Assembly (NCBI GenBank): GCA_964540145.1
Contig: CAZILS010000001.1
Location: forward strand, 19,640 to 83,639
DNA length: 64,000 nt
Direction of reading: 5' to 3'
Origin: an uncultured archaeon
GTDB taxonomy: Archaea > Iainarchaeota > Iainarchaeia > Iainarchaeales > CAZILS01
Positions 30,084-40,244 of the stretch are shown piece after piece. Made by a program: the position numbers and the translations under genes. Positions within the stretch are counted from its first letter, which is position 1, and each line of letters opens with the position of its first letter. The notes under the pieces were generated by a model. It searched no databases and had not been told where the DNA came from. It worked only from the letters and a program-made list of their open reading frames with translations.

Positions 30084-31279
30084 GTGTCGATGCGGAAATT
30101 TTCACTTTCACGATGGAGAGCCTCAAGGACAGGAAGTGGAGGAGTTACTTAACACTGCTTGGAATTGTTATCGGGATTGCGGCGATTGTTGCGTTTATTT
30201 CCATAGGGCAGAGCCTCAACAATGCGGTTGAGGCGCAATTTGAGCAGATGGGGAGCAACACAATTATGGTGCTTGCCGGAAAAAACATAATACAGTCTGC
30301 TTTCGCCGAGCTTGACCCTGATGACCCCGCGCTGATTGAAAACATAAAGGGGGTTGAATCGGTTGCCGCAATCTACTTTGAGCTGAAGACCGCGGAATAC
30401 AAGGGCGAGGCAAAATCGGTTATTATTGCGGGAATAGACCCCGATGATTTTCCCGGCCTTAGGGATGCGGGGCTTATGCAAATCGGGGAGGGGAGAGAAC
30501 TCACGAATTCAGACCTGCATTCCATCATGGTCGGCGGGGATTTTGTAGAAAGGGCGTTTGTCAAGGAGCTTGGCTTGAGGAACAAGATTAATATTGAGGA
30601 CAACGAGTACAGGATTGTGGGAATCACGGAACCTGCAGGGCACTCTTTCGGAAGTTTTTACGACAGCGCGATTATAGTCGGGGAGAAGACACTGAAACTT
30701 ATTACTGGGGGAGAAGACCTTGTCCCTTACAGGATTATAGCCAAAACAGTTGATGCGGACGACGTTCCCGACATCAAGGCGGAGATTTGGGAAACGCTGG
30801 AGGATGCCCACGGAGAAGAGGATTTCCAGGTGATGACCCCTGCGCAGATAGGGGAAGGCGCGCTTGGGATACTTGGGCTTATCCAGCTTGTTGTTGCGGG
30901 GATTGCCGCTATTGCGCTTGTGGTTGGGGGAATCGGGATAATGAACACCATGTTAATGACGGTTATCGAAAGGACGAGGGAGATAGGCACGATGAAGGCC
31001 ATCGGCGCGACAAGCGGGAAGATTATGCGGTTGTTTGTATTTGAAGCAGGGCTTATAGGCCTTGCCGGCGGGGTTATTGGGATGTTCTTTGGGTTCTTTA
31101 TTTCGTTCCTTATTTCTGTGGTTGCCGATGTTTCCGGCTTCCCGCTGCCGTTTGCGTTTGACCCTGTTCTTGCGGCGGGAACCCTTCTTTTTGCCGTGGG
31201 GGTGGGAATGGTTTCGGGGGTTTATCCTGCAAGAAGGGCCGCAAAGATGGATCCTGTCGATGCACTGCGGTACGAATAG
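30080..31279 (+). CDS. ABC transporter permease, FtsX/MacB-like (paralog of the preceding gene)
   Basis: Same architecture, GGIGIMNTMLMTVIERTREIGTMKAIGA. ATGA overlap. Confidence 0.85.
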   Translation: MSVDAEIFTFTMESLKDRKWRSYLTLLGIVIGIAAIVAFISIGQSLNNAVEAQFEQMGSNTIMVLAGKNIIQSAFAELDPDDPALIENIKGVESVAAIYFELKTAEYKGEAKSVIIAGIDPDDFPGLRDAGLMQIGEGRELTNSDLHSIMVGGDFVERAFVKELGLRNKINIEDNEYRIVGITEPAGHSFGSFYDSAIIVGEKTLKLITGGEDLVPYRIIAKTVDADDVPDIKAEIWETLEDAHGEEDFQVMTPAQIGEGALGILGLIQLVVAGIAAIALVVGGIGIMNTMLMTVIERTREIGTMKAIGATSGKIMRLFVFEAGLIGLAGGVIGMFFGFFISFLISVVADVSGFPLPFAFDPVLAAGTLLFAVGVGMVSGVYPARRAAKMDPVDALRYE

Positions 31280-31322
31280 TCAGGATTAAATATTAGTTCT
31301 GCGATATGATAGTGGTGATAAT

Positions 31323-32063
31323 ATGAATAGGGTTCCAACAGGGGTTACAGGGCTTGACGAATTGATTGAGGGCGGCTTTCCCGAGGGGAGGAGCGTTCTC
31401 CTTACGGGGGCGTGCGGGACGGGAAAGACAATTTTTTCCATGCAGTACATTTACAACGGCGCTACGCAGTATTCAGAACCCGGGGTTTATGTTACATTGG
31501 ATGAGCGGCCCGACCTGATAAGGCAGGATGTGAAAAGGTTTGGGTGGGATTTGCAAAAGCTTGAGGACGAAAATATGGTCAACATTATTGACGGGAGCAT
31601 TGCGAAGCTCGGAGTTCCTTCCGAGGAGGAGCTGTCTATGCCCGCAACAGGCTTTGACCTTGACAGGCTTCTTCTTGAGATAATGAGGGTTACTAAAAGG
31701 ATAGGCGCAAAGAGGATTGTGATTGATTCCATTCCCGCGCTTGGTTTTACGTATGACAATGAAGAGGAGATTAGGAAAGCCATTCTCAAGGTCAGCTATA
31801 TGCTTATGAAAACAGGAGTTACTTCCCTTCTCACGTCCGAAGTGCAGGAAGGGGAAAACAGGTTTAGCAAGTATGGTGTTGAGGAGTATGTTGTTGATGC
31901 CGTCCTTGTTATGCATTACATGGGAATAGGGACCCAGTCTAACAGGACGATGCACATAAGGAAGATGAGGGCCACGCACCACTCGGAAGATTTGCACCCT
32001 ATTGAGATAACCGGAAAGGGCATTGTGGTGCACAAGATAGAGGAAGAGTATGAGGAAGCCTAA
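31323..32063 (+). CDS. KaiC-like RecA-superfamily ATPase (single domain)
   Basis: RVPTGVTGLDELIEGGFPEGRSVLLTGACGTGKT, Walker B RIVIDS. Confidence 0.75.
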   Translation: MNRVPTGVTGLDELIEGGFPEGRSVLLTGACGTGKTIFSMQYIYNGATQYSEPGVYVTLDERPDLIRQDVKRFGWDLQKLEDENMVNIIDGSIAKLGVPSEEELSMPATGFDLDRLLLEIMRVTKRIGAKRIVIDSIPALGFTYDNEEEIRKAILKVSYMLMKTGVTSLLTSEVQEGENRFSKYGVEEYVVDAVLVMHYMGIGTQSNRTMHIRKMRATHHSEDLHPIEITGKGIVVHKIEEEYEEA

Positions 32064-33118
32064 ATTTTCCTTTCTGTTACAAAGTCCGCAAATTCCTTGA
32101 GGAGGGATTTTGCCTCGCTCTCTTTTAGAACGGGATTCAGGTCATCCCATGCTTTCTTGACAAGGGCGCTTGCCTTTTCCTTCGCATACCCTACAGAGCC
32201 GTACTTTTTGATAATCGCAATCGCTTCCTTTATTTTCTTTTCGTCTTCGGTGTGTGAATCCAGGATTTCGATTAGTTTTTCCGCGTCTTCCTTCTCGGCT
32301 TTTTCAAGGGCGTGAATTACGAGAAGCGTTCTCTTTCCCTCGTTGATGTCATCCCCGACTTCCTTTCCCCAGCCTTCGGGGGGCGAAATATTCATTAGGT
32401 CGTCCTGTATCTGGAACGCAACGCCCAGCATGGAGGCAAACCTCGCAAGTTTTTCCTGCTGTTCGGGGCTTGCGTTCCCCAAGATTGCGCCGATGTTTGC
32501 CGAGAGCCTTGAGAGGGAACCTGTCTTGTATGAGCACATCTGTAAATACTGGCCTTCGGTTATGTCGTTCCTGTGGCCGTTGTGCCAGTAGATGTCGGTT
32601 GCCTGGCCGAAAGAAAGCCTATTCATTTCCTCGGCGTAAACATTGTAAATCTTTGCTGTCTTCTCCGGGGGAAGGTTGTTTGTGTTTCGGTAAAGCAGGA
32701 TTGTTGGAAGGTAGTACATCAGGTTGCCATCGTTTATTGCAATGTCCTGGCCGAAAAGCAAATGCGTGCAGGGTTTTCCCCGCCTTAGTTTTGAGTTGTC
32801 CTCTACGTCATCCACCATGATGGTCCCTGTATGCGTAAGTTCAGGAAGCACGACAAATGAAATGTGTTTCTCGCAGTCGCCTCCAACAGCTTCGCAGCAC
32901 AGGAGCATAAGCGCGGGCCTCCATCTTTTTCCGCCCCTTTCAAGGAAGTCCCATATCGGTTTGGATGTGGCATCGGTTGCTGTCCGCTCATCGTATTCGA
33001 AATCGGGTTTCCCCAAAGCGAATTCCATCCACTCGCGGTCAAGTTTCTTGGGAAAAAGTTTTTCCATTTCAGCATCTACTTTTTTCGCGGTTTCCTTGAG
33101 GTATTCCTGCAGGAGCAT
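32060..33118 (-). CDS. Polyprenyl (geranylgeranyl) diphosphate synthase
   Basis: First Asp-rich motif MVDDVEDNSKLRRG, second Asp-rich motif FQIQDDLMN. Confidence 0.85.
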   Translation of the reverse strand: MLLQEYLKETAKKVDAEMEKLFPKKLDREWMEFALGKPDFEYDERTATDATSKPIWDFLERGGKRWRPALMLLCCEAVGGDCEKHISFVVLPELTHTGTIMVDDVEDNSKLRRGKPCTHLLFGQDIAINDGNLMYYLPTILLYRNTNNLPPEKTAKIYNVYAEEMNRLSFGQATDIYWHNGHRNDITEGQYLQMCSYKTGSLSRLSANIGAILGNASPEQQEKLARFASMLGVAFQIQDDLMNISPPEGWGKEVGDDINEGKRTLLVIHALEKAEKEDAEKLIEILDSHTEDEKKIKEAIAIIKKYGSVGYAKEKASALVKKAWDDLNPVLKESEAKSLLKEFADFVTERKI

Positions 33119-33136
33119 AGCAACACATTTGGGGAG

Positions 33137-34765
33137 TTAAGCTTTAAAGTCGGCAAGTTCCTTTATCCGTTTTAATGATTTTTCCTTGCCAAGCGCAATT
33201 ATAAGCGAGCCCATCTTTGGACCGCGTTCCCGCCCTATAAGCGAGAAATAGAGCAATTTGAAAAACGCCCTTGGGGAAACCCCTGTTTCTTTTGCGGATT
33301 CAAAAACCGCATTCTGCGCATCTTCCGCGCTTTCCGCTTTCGGGAGCTGTTCCGCGAGTTTTATGAGGGCGGGTTTTGCCTCAAGGATTAGTTCGTTCGC
33401 CTCCTCGGGTATTTTCTCCGCGAACGAAAGTTTCTGTTCCGCAGGAAGGTATTTCTCAACCCAGGCTCTTGCAAAGGATATTCTTTCCCGAAGCGAGGAG
33501 AGTTCTTCCCTGTTTTCCTTGCCCGTCAGGTGCGCCATGTCCTTGAGAATTCCTAAAACCCCTTTTTCATCCGGGAAGAGCTGGACAAGCGCGCTTACCA
33601 GGGCGTAGTCCGCAGGAACTTCCACAATCTCCCGCCCCTTTATCCTCGAGTAAGTGTAGAGGCTCTTGTTTTGCGGGGTTTGTTTTCCCCCCTCTTTGGA
33701 AAAATGCGCCTTTGCAACCGAGTCGAGTTCGCTTTCGAGGAGGGGGATGTCTGTCCATGAAAAGCTCCTTGACTTGTCGATGCGTTTCATGTACAGGAGC
33801 TTTAATGTTTCGGGCCTGGAAACTTCCTTCCATTCCGCGGGGTAGACAACGTTTCCCACCGATGCGCTCATCTTCCGCCCGCCTATTAGGAGGTGTTCGT
33901 AGAAGACGGGCAGGGGCCTCGGAAAATCCAGGATTTCTTCGCAGATTTTTGCGTTGACGAAGAATGATGAGTTGGGCGCATTGTATTCCTTTCCCGCGCC
34001 TTCCGCACAGACATTCCATCTTTTCCATTGCGCGGCCCACTCGCTTTTCCAGACGAGTTTTCCGTTTGCTTTTTTTAGGTCCGAGTTTCCCTCGTAGCCG
34101 CAGCCTTTTGCGGTGTGTTTTTCAAAAGAATAGTCCCTGCAGGCGTAGGATATTTTTCCGTTTTCAAATCCTGTTATGTCTGTTGTCTGGAGCTGGCCGC
34201 ACTTATCGCAGATCGGTTTCCAGGGGGACCAGCTCTTCGGGGAATTTCCCTGGACTTTTTCGATTATTGCCCTTGCCTTGTCCGCATTCTCAACAAGCGT
34301 AATTATTGAGTCCGTAAAGTTTCCTTTCCCGTATTCGTCCCTCATTGAATGGACTTTTGGCTCGAACTCGAGGAAAGATGTGAAAACCTCGAGGAACTCG
34401 TTCGTGAATTTTTCAGCGTAGCTTTTGAAGTTTCCTTCCGGGTCGGGGATGTCGGAAACCGGATGCCCTATGTAGTTTATGAAGTCTTTTGGCACGCCTT
34501 CGGGAACGCTCCTTAAGGGGTCCATGTCTTCGGTAACATAAATGAATTCCGCTGGGAAGCCTATTTCCTTAAGGGCGCGGTAAACCGCCTCGCCCCTTAT
34601 GACATCGCTAAGGCGCCCTATGTGAAGAACCCCGGATAGGGAAGAGGAGGATTTTACAGACCATTTTTTGGGGGCGGGTATTTTTCTGTCGAGGTATGTG
34701 AATTTTTCTCGTTTCGCAACCTTGTCCGCATACTGCTCCGCCCAGAAAGTAGTCTCTTCAGACAT
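33137..34765 (-). CDS. lysS: Lysyl-tRNA synthetase, class I
   Basis: HIGRL (HIGH-like), TEDMDPLRSVP, YIGHPVSDIPDPEG, KMSASVGN (KMSKS-like). 542 aa. Confidence 0.85.
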   Translation of the reverse strand: MSEETTFWAEQYADKVAKREKFTYLDRKIPAPKKWSVKSSSSLSGVLHIGRLSDVIRGEAVYRALKEIGFPAEFIYVTEDMDPLRSVPEGVPKDFINYIGHPVSDIPDPEGNFKSYAEKFTNEFLEVFTSFLEFEPKVHSMRDEYGKGNFTDSIITLVENADKARAIIEKVQGNSPKSWSPWKPICDKCGQLQTTDITGFENGKISYACRDYSFEKHTAKGCGYEGNSDLKKANGKLVWKSEWAAQWKRWNVCAEGAGKEYNAPNSSFFVNAKICEEILDFPRPLPVFYEHLLIGGRKMSASVGNVVYPAEWKEVSRPETLKLLYMKRIDKSRSFSWTDIPLLESELDSVAKAHFSKEGGKQTPQNKSLYTYSRIKGREIVEVPADYALVSALVQLFPDEKGVLGILKDMAHLTGKENREELSSLRERISFARAWVEKYLPAEQKLSFAEKIPEEANELILEAKPALIKLAEQLPKAESAEDAQNAVFESAKETGVSPRAFFKLLYFSLIGRERGPKMGSLIIALGKEKSLKRIKELADFKA

Positions 34766-34772
34766 ATAAAAA

Positions 34773-37004
34773 TCACTTGAAAATTTCGAGGGTTGTTTGC
34801 CTGCCCTTTTTCTTGAACAGCTTTCCGATGCCGCCCCGCCCCCTCACAAGCATGAAAACAACCACAAGGAGGATTATGATTACCGCAACAAGAATCCCCA
34901 CGACCACAATTCCGATTGTTGTTGTACTGTCCGCCCCGAAGTCGGGGATTAAGGACCCAAGGTTTGGCAGGACAAACCCGAAGCTTCCCTCTGAAACCCC
35001 GCCGGTCATGTTAACGACAATCGGGGCCGAGGCGAACTTATTGATTATGTTGTCTTCCAGGATTTTTTCCGCGTCTTCCTCTGTGAGGGGCTTTCCCGTG
35101 CCATAGGTAAGCTCGATTTCCTTCCCCGAAGACACTGTCCCAACATCGAACATTATTATCGGGTCTTCTCTCAGGATGTTGAAATCGCGGCTGCTCCTGA
35201 TGGCGGATGCGTTCTGCGAAAATTCTTTCGGCACAACCTCGACAACGGTTATTGGAAATGCGTTCAGGTCCAGGTTCTTGAACCTCACAACTATATTTGC
35301 AACATAGTAGGTAAGTTCGCCCTCGGTTACTTTTGTCAGCTTTAGGGAGCGTGTGATTTCATGGTTGTTGACCATTTCGGTTGCCTCATCCACTAAATGG
35401 GTTGCGAGGCCTGTTGAGGAGAAAAGGGTTCTTGCCTGCTCCTTGTTGTAGATATATTCTTCCTGCTTGTAGTCCGCCACGCTTATTGAGTCGAGTGCCT
35501 CGCCGTAAAGACCTATCGCCTTCTCGGAAATCCTCTGGGAAATTTCATAGTCCGCTATGTCGAGTTCTTTTTTTGCGAGCGCGAGGTTTCCGTCGGCCCA
35601 TTCCACCCGGTTGTAAAATTCATCGGTGTAGACATTGGCTGCCGCAAGGATTTTCTCCTTGTCCTGCGCCGACTTCTGCTTCTCCCTCGCCGCATCTATC
35701 AGGTTTCTTGTTTCCTGGATTGTGTTGCCCATATTCTTTATTATAACGGTTGTTTCATCGGTTGCGGTGTTGCCGGCCCTGTCGGTTACTGTGGCTGTGA
35801 TTGTATATCTGCCGTTATCAACATGGATTGTGTCCCAGCTTGCTGTGTAGGTGTCCCCCGACTTTTCTGCGGGGATTGAACCGAACGAACCGTTTTCCTT
35901 GGCATAATTGAAAACAACGCTTTCTATCCCGGAGAAGCCGCCGCCGTCATCCGAGGCGACTGCGGAAAGCTCTATTTCCCCTGTGACAATCGCCTTGCCA
36001 TTGTGGGAGGTTATCGAGATTGTCGGGGGAGTTGTGTCGTAAATGACAAGGTACTCTGTGTCGCACGCATCCCCTACCACGTCGTCAACTGCATAAAGCC
36101 GGAATTTGTAGGTTCCCTCGCTTTCGAACTCGTATGTTGTTGCTATGCTTGTGCGGTTGTCCTGCTCCACGAAAGTTTCCGGCTCGCCGCCTGTTTTGGT
36201 TACGTCTATTTTTGAGCGGTACATTGTCAATCCGTTTGCATCGCTGATTTCTATGCCAAGCGTACTTTCATTGGTTGCCGCGGGGATGCTTGAGTTCAAA
36301 GCGAGGCTGCACTTCGAGACTGTTTCCGCGAAGGAAAGAACGCTGAGGTTCCCTACATTGCCTGCGTTGTCGATTGCGGAAATTTTGTAGAAGTAAGTTC
36401 TTCCTTCCTCCAGCCCCCAGTCAAGGAATTCACCTATGTCGTGGTACGTTGTTTCCGGCTGCTCGATTGAAACAAGAGAAGAGTCGTTGGGCTCGAAGTC
36501 CATTGTCATTCCCCGATATATGTTGTAGCCCTTTATGCCCGCTGTTTGGCTTCCCTGGTCTATCGAGGGCTCCCAAGTAACTACTATTGAGCCGTCTTCC
36601 TGCGGCTCTGCGGTTATTTTTTGGGGTGCCCTTGGCGCGGTCTTGTCTATTTTGTAAGTGTAGTGGGCGGTTTGGGAGCAACCTGTGCTGCCGCATGCCC
36701 TGACATGGAACTGCCATGTGCCGTTCTGCTTGCATTGTGCCCTTAAGTAATTGGTGTCAAGGGCTGTCTTCTCCGCATACTCTTCGGGGGGCTCGGTATT
36801 GCCCATCTGGTCTATCTTGTAGGAGAACCATGTCGAGTTTTCCGGGTGGGACCACTTGAAGATTGCGGAGCATTCCTTATACCACGAGAGCTGGTCCGGG
36901 TGGGTTGAGCTCTCTATTACAGGGGTGTCAATGGCGAGCGCTGTGGGGAGCACCAGTGCCATCAATGCCAATAAAACAAGCAAATTACGCATCATAATAC
37001 ACAT
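34773..37004 (-). CDS. Large secreted surface protein with FN3/Ig-like modules and a C-terminal membrane anchor
   Basis: Signal peptide, FN3-like KGYNIYRG...YFYKISAIDNAGN, C-terminal TM helix plus basic tail. Paralog of 50098..51774. Confidence 0.7.
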   Translation of the reverse strand: MCIMMRNLLVLLALMALVLPTALAIDTPVIESSTHPDQLSWYKECSAIFKWSHPENSTWFSYKIDQMGNTEPPEEYAEKTALDTNYLRAQCKQNGTWQFHVRACGSTGCSQTAHYTYKIDKTAPRAPQKITAEPQEDGSIVVTWEPSIDQGSQTAGIKGYNIYRGMTMDFEPNDSSLVSIEQPETTYHDIGEFLDWGLEEGRTYFYKISAIDNAGNVGNLSVLSFAETVSKCSLALNSSIPAATNESTLGIEISDANGLTMYRSKIDVTKTGGEPETFVEQDNRTSIATTYEFESEGTYKFRLYAVDDVVGDACDTEYLVIYDTTPPTISITSHNGKAIVTGEIELSAVASDDGGGFSGIESVVFNYAKENGSFGSIPAEKSGDTYTASWDTIHVDNGRYTITATVTDRAGNTATDETTVIIKNMGNTIQETRNLIDAAREKQKSAQDKEKILAAANVYTDEFYNRVEWADGNLALAKKELDIADYEISQRISEKAIGLYGEALDSISVADYKQEEYIYNKEQARTLFSSTGLATHLVDEATEMVNNHEITRSLKLTKVTEGELTYYVANIVVRFKNLDLNAFPITVVEVVPKEFSQNASAIRSSRDFNILREDPIIMFDVGTVSSGKEIELTYGTGKPLTEEDAEKILEDNIINKFASAPIVVNMTGGVSEGSFGFVLPNLGSLIPDFGADSTTTIGIVVVGILVAVIIILLVVVFMLVRGRGGIGKLFKKKGRQTTLEIFK

Positions 37005-37068
37005 AGATTGGCTGTAAATTAATATAAATTTGTGCTATTTGGAAAGTTTACTTTCCGGGGCGGCGGGA

Positions 37069-37142
37069 TGGGGAGAGCGGGATTTGGACCCGCGACACCA
37101 TGGTCTTCAGCCATGTGCTCTCCCAGGCTGAGCTACCTCCCC
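37069..37142 (-). tRNA. tRNA-Phe (GAA)
   Basis: Hand-folded cloverleaf: acceptor GGGGAGG/TCTCCCC, D arm GCTC..GAGC, anticodon stem CATGG/CCATG with loop CTGAAGA, T arm GCGGG-TCCAAAT-CCCGC. No encoded CCA. Confidence 0.85.
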
Positions 37143-37205
37143 GAGAGTAATCTATATTGTCTATTAGTTATTTTATAAACGTTTGTGGTTGAGCAAAAAT
37201 AAGGA

Positions 37206-37280
37206 TGAGCCCGGTGGGATTCGAACCCACGGCGCCCTGGTTAAGAGCCAGGTGCTCTGACCAGACTGAGCTACGGGCCC
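37206..37280 (-). tRNA. tRNA-Lys (CTT)
   Basis: Acceptor GGGCCCG/CGGGCTC, anticodon stem CCTGG/CCAGG with loop CTCTTAA, T arm GTGGG-TTCGAAT-CCCAC. Confidence 0.9.
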
Positions 37281-37342
37281 ATCATAAGGTATTTGGCTGT
37301 GATAGGTTATTTAATATTTGGTGTTCCTGCATTTTGCCTGTT

Positions 37343-37416
37343 TGAGCCCGGCGGGATTCGAACCCACGACACCCTGGTTAAAAGCCAGGTGCTCTGCCAG
37401 ACTGAGCTACGGGCCC
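37343..37416 (-). tRNA. tRNA-Lys (TTT)
   Basis: Near-identical body to the CTT isoacceptor. Anticodon loop CTTTTAA. Confidence 0.9.
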
Positions 37417-37461
37417 CCTTTAAGGGAGATATATGATTTTAGGTTTATGAACCTTAATAAA

Positions 37462-38748
37462 TCATTTGTTTTTAGGTTTTGGGCGGATTTCTTTGAAGGG
37501 GAGATAGGGGTGCAGGGCTTTCGGGATTTTTATGCCGCCATCTTCTTCCTGGAAGTTTTCCAGGATTGCGACAAGCGCCCTTGGGGTTGCCACAGCGGTG
37601 CTGTTCAGGGTATGGATGTGCCTATTCCCTTTGTTTGTGCGATAGCGGATGTTAAGGCGGGCGGCCTGGTAAGCGGTGCAGTTTGAGCAGGATGCCATCT
37701 CCCTGTAAGTGTTCTGGGCAGGCATCCATGCCTCGATATCGTATTTTTTTGCGGCAACTGTTCCTATGTCACCGGTGCAGATGCTGACAACGCGGTAAGG
37801 GATTTCAAGGGATTTGAAAACCTCTTCGGCATTTGCTATCAGCTCATCGTGGAGTTTCCAGCTCTCATCGGGGCGGCAAAAGATGAACTGCTCGACTTTG
37901 TTGAACTGGTGAACCCTGAAAATTCCTTTGGTGTCTTTTCCGTGGGCGCCTGCCTCCTTCCTAAAGCAGGGGCTTATGCCCGCGTATTTTATCGGGAGTT
38001 CGTTCTGTTCGAAGAGCTCGTCCATATGCATTGCCGCGAGCGGGTGTTCCGATGTCGCTATGAGGTAGAGGTCCTCGCCCTCGATTTTGTACATCACGTC
38101 CTCAAAATCGCCAAGGTCGGTTACCCCCTCATAGGGCTTGCGCCGCATCATGAAGGGGGGAAGGATCGGGGTGTAGCCTTTCTCATTCAATTTGTCCAGG
38201 GCGAACCTCAGGACAGCCTGGTCGAGGAGTACCAGCTCTCCTTTAAGGTAGTAAAAGCGCGCTCCCGCGACTTTTGCCGCCCGTGGGATGTCGCCTATGC
38301 CAAGCTTCTCGAGGAGGTCGACATGGCTCTGCGGCTTGAAACTAAAGTTTGGCTTCTTGCCTGCTTCCCGCAGCACTTTGTTTTCGGAATCGTCTTTGCC
38401 TTTTGGCACAGACTCGTGCAGGATGTTTGGAAGGCGCAAAAGGCAGTAGCCTATTTTTTCTTTTAGGGAAATCAGGTTTGTCTCGTTATCCTTGATTTTT
38501 GCGGGGATTGACTTTGCTTCCTTTAGGAGTTTATCCGTGGATTTTCCCGCTTTCTTCGCTTCCATTATCTCTTTGCTTATTTGGTTTCTTCGCGCGCGGA
38601 GCTGCTCGCTATCCCGGAGGAGTTTCCTGTACTCCCTGTCCTTGCCGAGGAGGTCCCCAATCCAGCCCTGTTTTTCTTTATCGCCGCGTTTTTCGAGGTC
38701 TTTCTTTACCAAGGCCGGATTTTCCCTCACAAAACGAATGTCAAGCAT
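37462..38748 (-). CDS. serS: Seryl-tRNA synthetase
   Basis: MLDIRFVRENP, N-terminal coiled coil, class II motifs (FRKEAGAHGKDTKGIFRVHQF, GDIGTVAAKKYDIEAW). Confidence 0.9.
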   Translation of the reverse strand: MLDIRFVRENPALVKKDLEKRGDKEKQGWIGDLLGKDREYRKLLRDSEQLRARRNQISKEIMEAKKAGKSTDKLLKEAKSIPAKIKDNETNLISLKEKIGYCLLRLPNILHESVPKGKDDSENKVLREAGKKPNFSFKPQSHVDLLEKLGIGDIPRAAKVAGARFYYLKGELVLLDQAVLRFALDKLNEKGYTPILPPFMMRRKPYEGVTDLGDFEDVMYKIEGEDLYLIATSEHPLAAMHMDELFEQNELPIKYAGISPCFRKEAGAHGKDTKGIFRVHQFNKVEQFIFCRPDESWKLHDELIANAEEVFKSLEIPYRVVSICTGDIGTVAAKKYDIEAWMPAQNTYREMASCSNCTAYQAARLNIRYRTNKGNRHIHTLNSTAVATPRALVAILENFQEEDGGIKIPKALHPYLPFKEIRPKPKNK

Positions 38749-38788
38749 AATAAAGGTAATTGTGGATAATACATAAAAGGGTGAGTAT

Positions 38789-39331
38789 TTGGAACATGCC
38801 GGGCATAAGGAAGTTGTTGTTCTGCGTTATGGGCACAGGCACGTACGTGATTACAGGGTTAGCTCCCATTGCGGCCTGGTGGCAAGGGCCTTTGGGGCAA
38901 AAAAAATTTTGGTTATCGGGGAAGAGGATTCGGAGTTGAAGGGCAGTGTGGACAGGGTTAGCGAGAATTGGGGGGGTGATTTTGAGGTCGAATTTTCCCG
39001 GAACTGGGAGAGGGAGTTCGGGAAGTATAGGAAGTCGGGGTATAAGATAGTGCATACGACGATGTATGGCCTGCCTCTGCCGAAGGCAATCGGGGAAATT
39101 AAAGAACAGGGGAAAATACTGCTGGTTCTTGGTTCGCAGAAGGTTGAAAAAGAGGTTTATGAGCGGGCGGATTATAACATCTCGATTACGCAGCAGCCCC
39201 ATTCGGAGATTGCCGCACTTGCTGTTTTCCTGCACGAATTTTTCGGGGGCAATGAATTGGAGATTGAATTTAAGGGTGCGAAAAAGAAAATTGTTCCTCT
39301 GGCGAGGGGAAAGAAGGTTATTTCCCAGTAA
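38789..39331 (+). CDS. trm56: tRNA (cytidine56-2'-O)-methyltransferase aTrm56 (SPOUT)
   Basis: VVVLRYGHRHVRDYRVSSHCGLVARAFGA and HSEIAALAVFLHEF. TTG start per the ORF track, so the exact start is uncertain. Confidence 0.7.
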   Translation: MEHAGHKEVVVLRYGHRHVRDYRVSSHCGLVARAFGAKKILVIGEEDSELKGSVDRVSENWGGDFEVEFSRNWEREFGKYRKSGYKIVHTTMYGLPLPKAIGEIKEQGKILLVLGSQKVEKEVYERADYNISITQQPHSEIAALAVFLHEFFGGNELEIEFKGAKKKIVPLARGKKVISQ

Positions 39332-39374
39332 TGGTTTATAAAGAGTTTTCAGGGGAAATACTATCGGGTTGCGG

Positions 39375-39935
39375 ATGGGCGCGAATAAAATTCTTTCTTT
39401 CACAATAACTAACGAATTCTTGGTTAAGGCTGCCGGGGAACGGGCGCCTGAACTCGTTAACATATGTGACAGCTGCAGGTCTGAAATCACCGATGAGAAG
39501 ATTGGGAAGAAAATGAAGGACCTCAAGATAACGGAAATCCGCACTATTTTGAATAAGCTGCATTATTGGGGCATTGCCCACTACCAGAAGACAAGGGATG
39601 CCAAGACAGGCTGGTATTCTTATTCCTGGCAAATTAAGGTTCCGAGGATTGCCGCGTTGATTCTTGAAGGGCAGTGTGAGGAAATTGGCAAGTTGGAAAA
39701 TACCATTTCTTTGGAGAATGATTACATGATGTTTGCGTGCAAGAGGGCGTGCGACAGTGCGCCTTTCGAGATTGCTGCAGAGTACCAATTTGTCTGCCCG
39801 AATTGTGGGGGGACCATGGCTGCGGTTGACAACAAGAAACGGGTTAGGGGGATGAAAAAGAGGCTTGAGGTTATGAAATGTGAGATGAAAACTCTTGAGG
39901 GATTGTGCAAAAAACACAATTTGTTGGACAAATGA
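39375..39935 (+). CDS. tfe: Transcription factor E (TFIIE-alpha homolog)
   Basis: Winged helix (ITEIRTILNKLHYWGIAHYQKTRD) followed by a zinc ribbon CKRAC...CPNCGG. Confidence 0.75.
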   Translation: MGANKILSFTITNEFLVKAAGERAPELVNICDSCRSEITDEKIGKKMKDLKITEIRTILNKLHYWGIAHYQKTRDAKTGWYSYSWQIKVPRIAALILEGQCEEIGKLENTISLENDYMMFACKRACDSAPFEIAAEYQFVCPNCGGTMAAVDNKKRVRGMKKRLEVMKCEMKTLEGLCKKHNLLDK

Positions 39936-40125
39936 TGAAGCAGGCTTAGGCCCTAGATTGGCAAGAATTTTTGGAAAATAAAGTTTAATTATCGTTTTTT
40001 TTGTTGTTTGGGTTTTATTTTAGGGTTAAATCTTAAAATAAGGTTAAAAACGGCTTTCTCTTGGAAGGAGGTGGCTGACAAGCCATTATAAAGCTTTTGC
40101 AATAAGGGGATTATACCAGTTTACT

Positions 40126-40200
40126 AGCGGGATGGGGCAGCCAGGAGTGCCCGTCGGGCTCATAACCCGAAGGTCGAAGGTTCAAATCCTTCTCCCGCTA
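40126..40200 (+). tRNA. Initiator tRNA-Met (CAT)
   Basis: A1:U72 acceptor AGCGGGA/TCCCGCT. Three G:C pairs closing the anticodon stem (TCGGG-CTCATAA-CCCGA). T arm GAAGG-TTCAAAT-CCTTC. Confidence 0.85.
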
Positions 40201-40244
40201 TCTCTATTTTTACCCTGTTCTACGGCAGGGTGTGTTTTAGCTCC

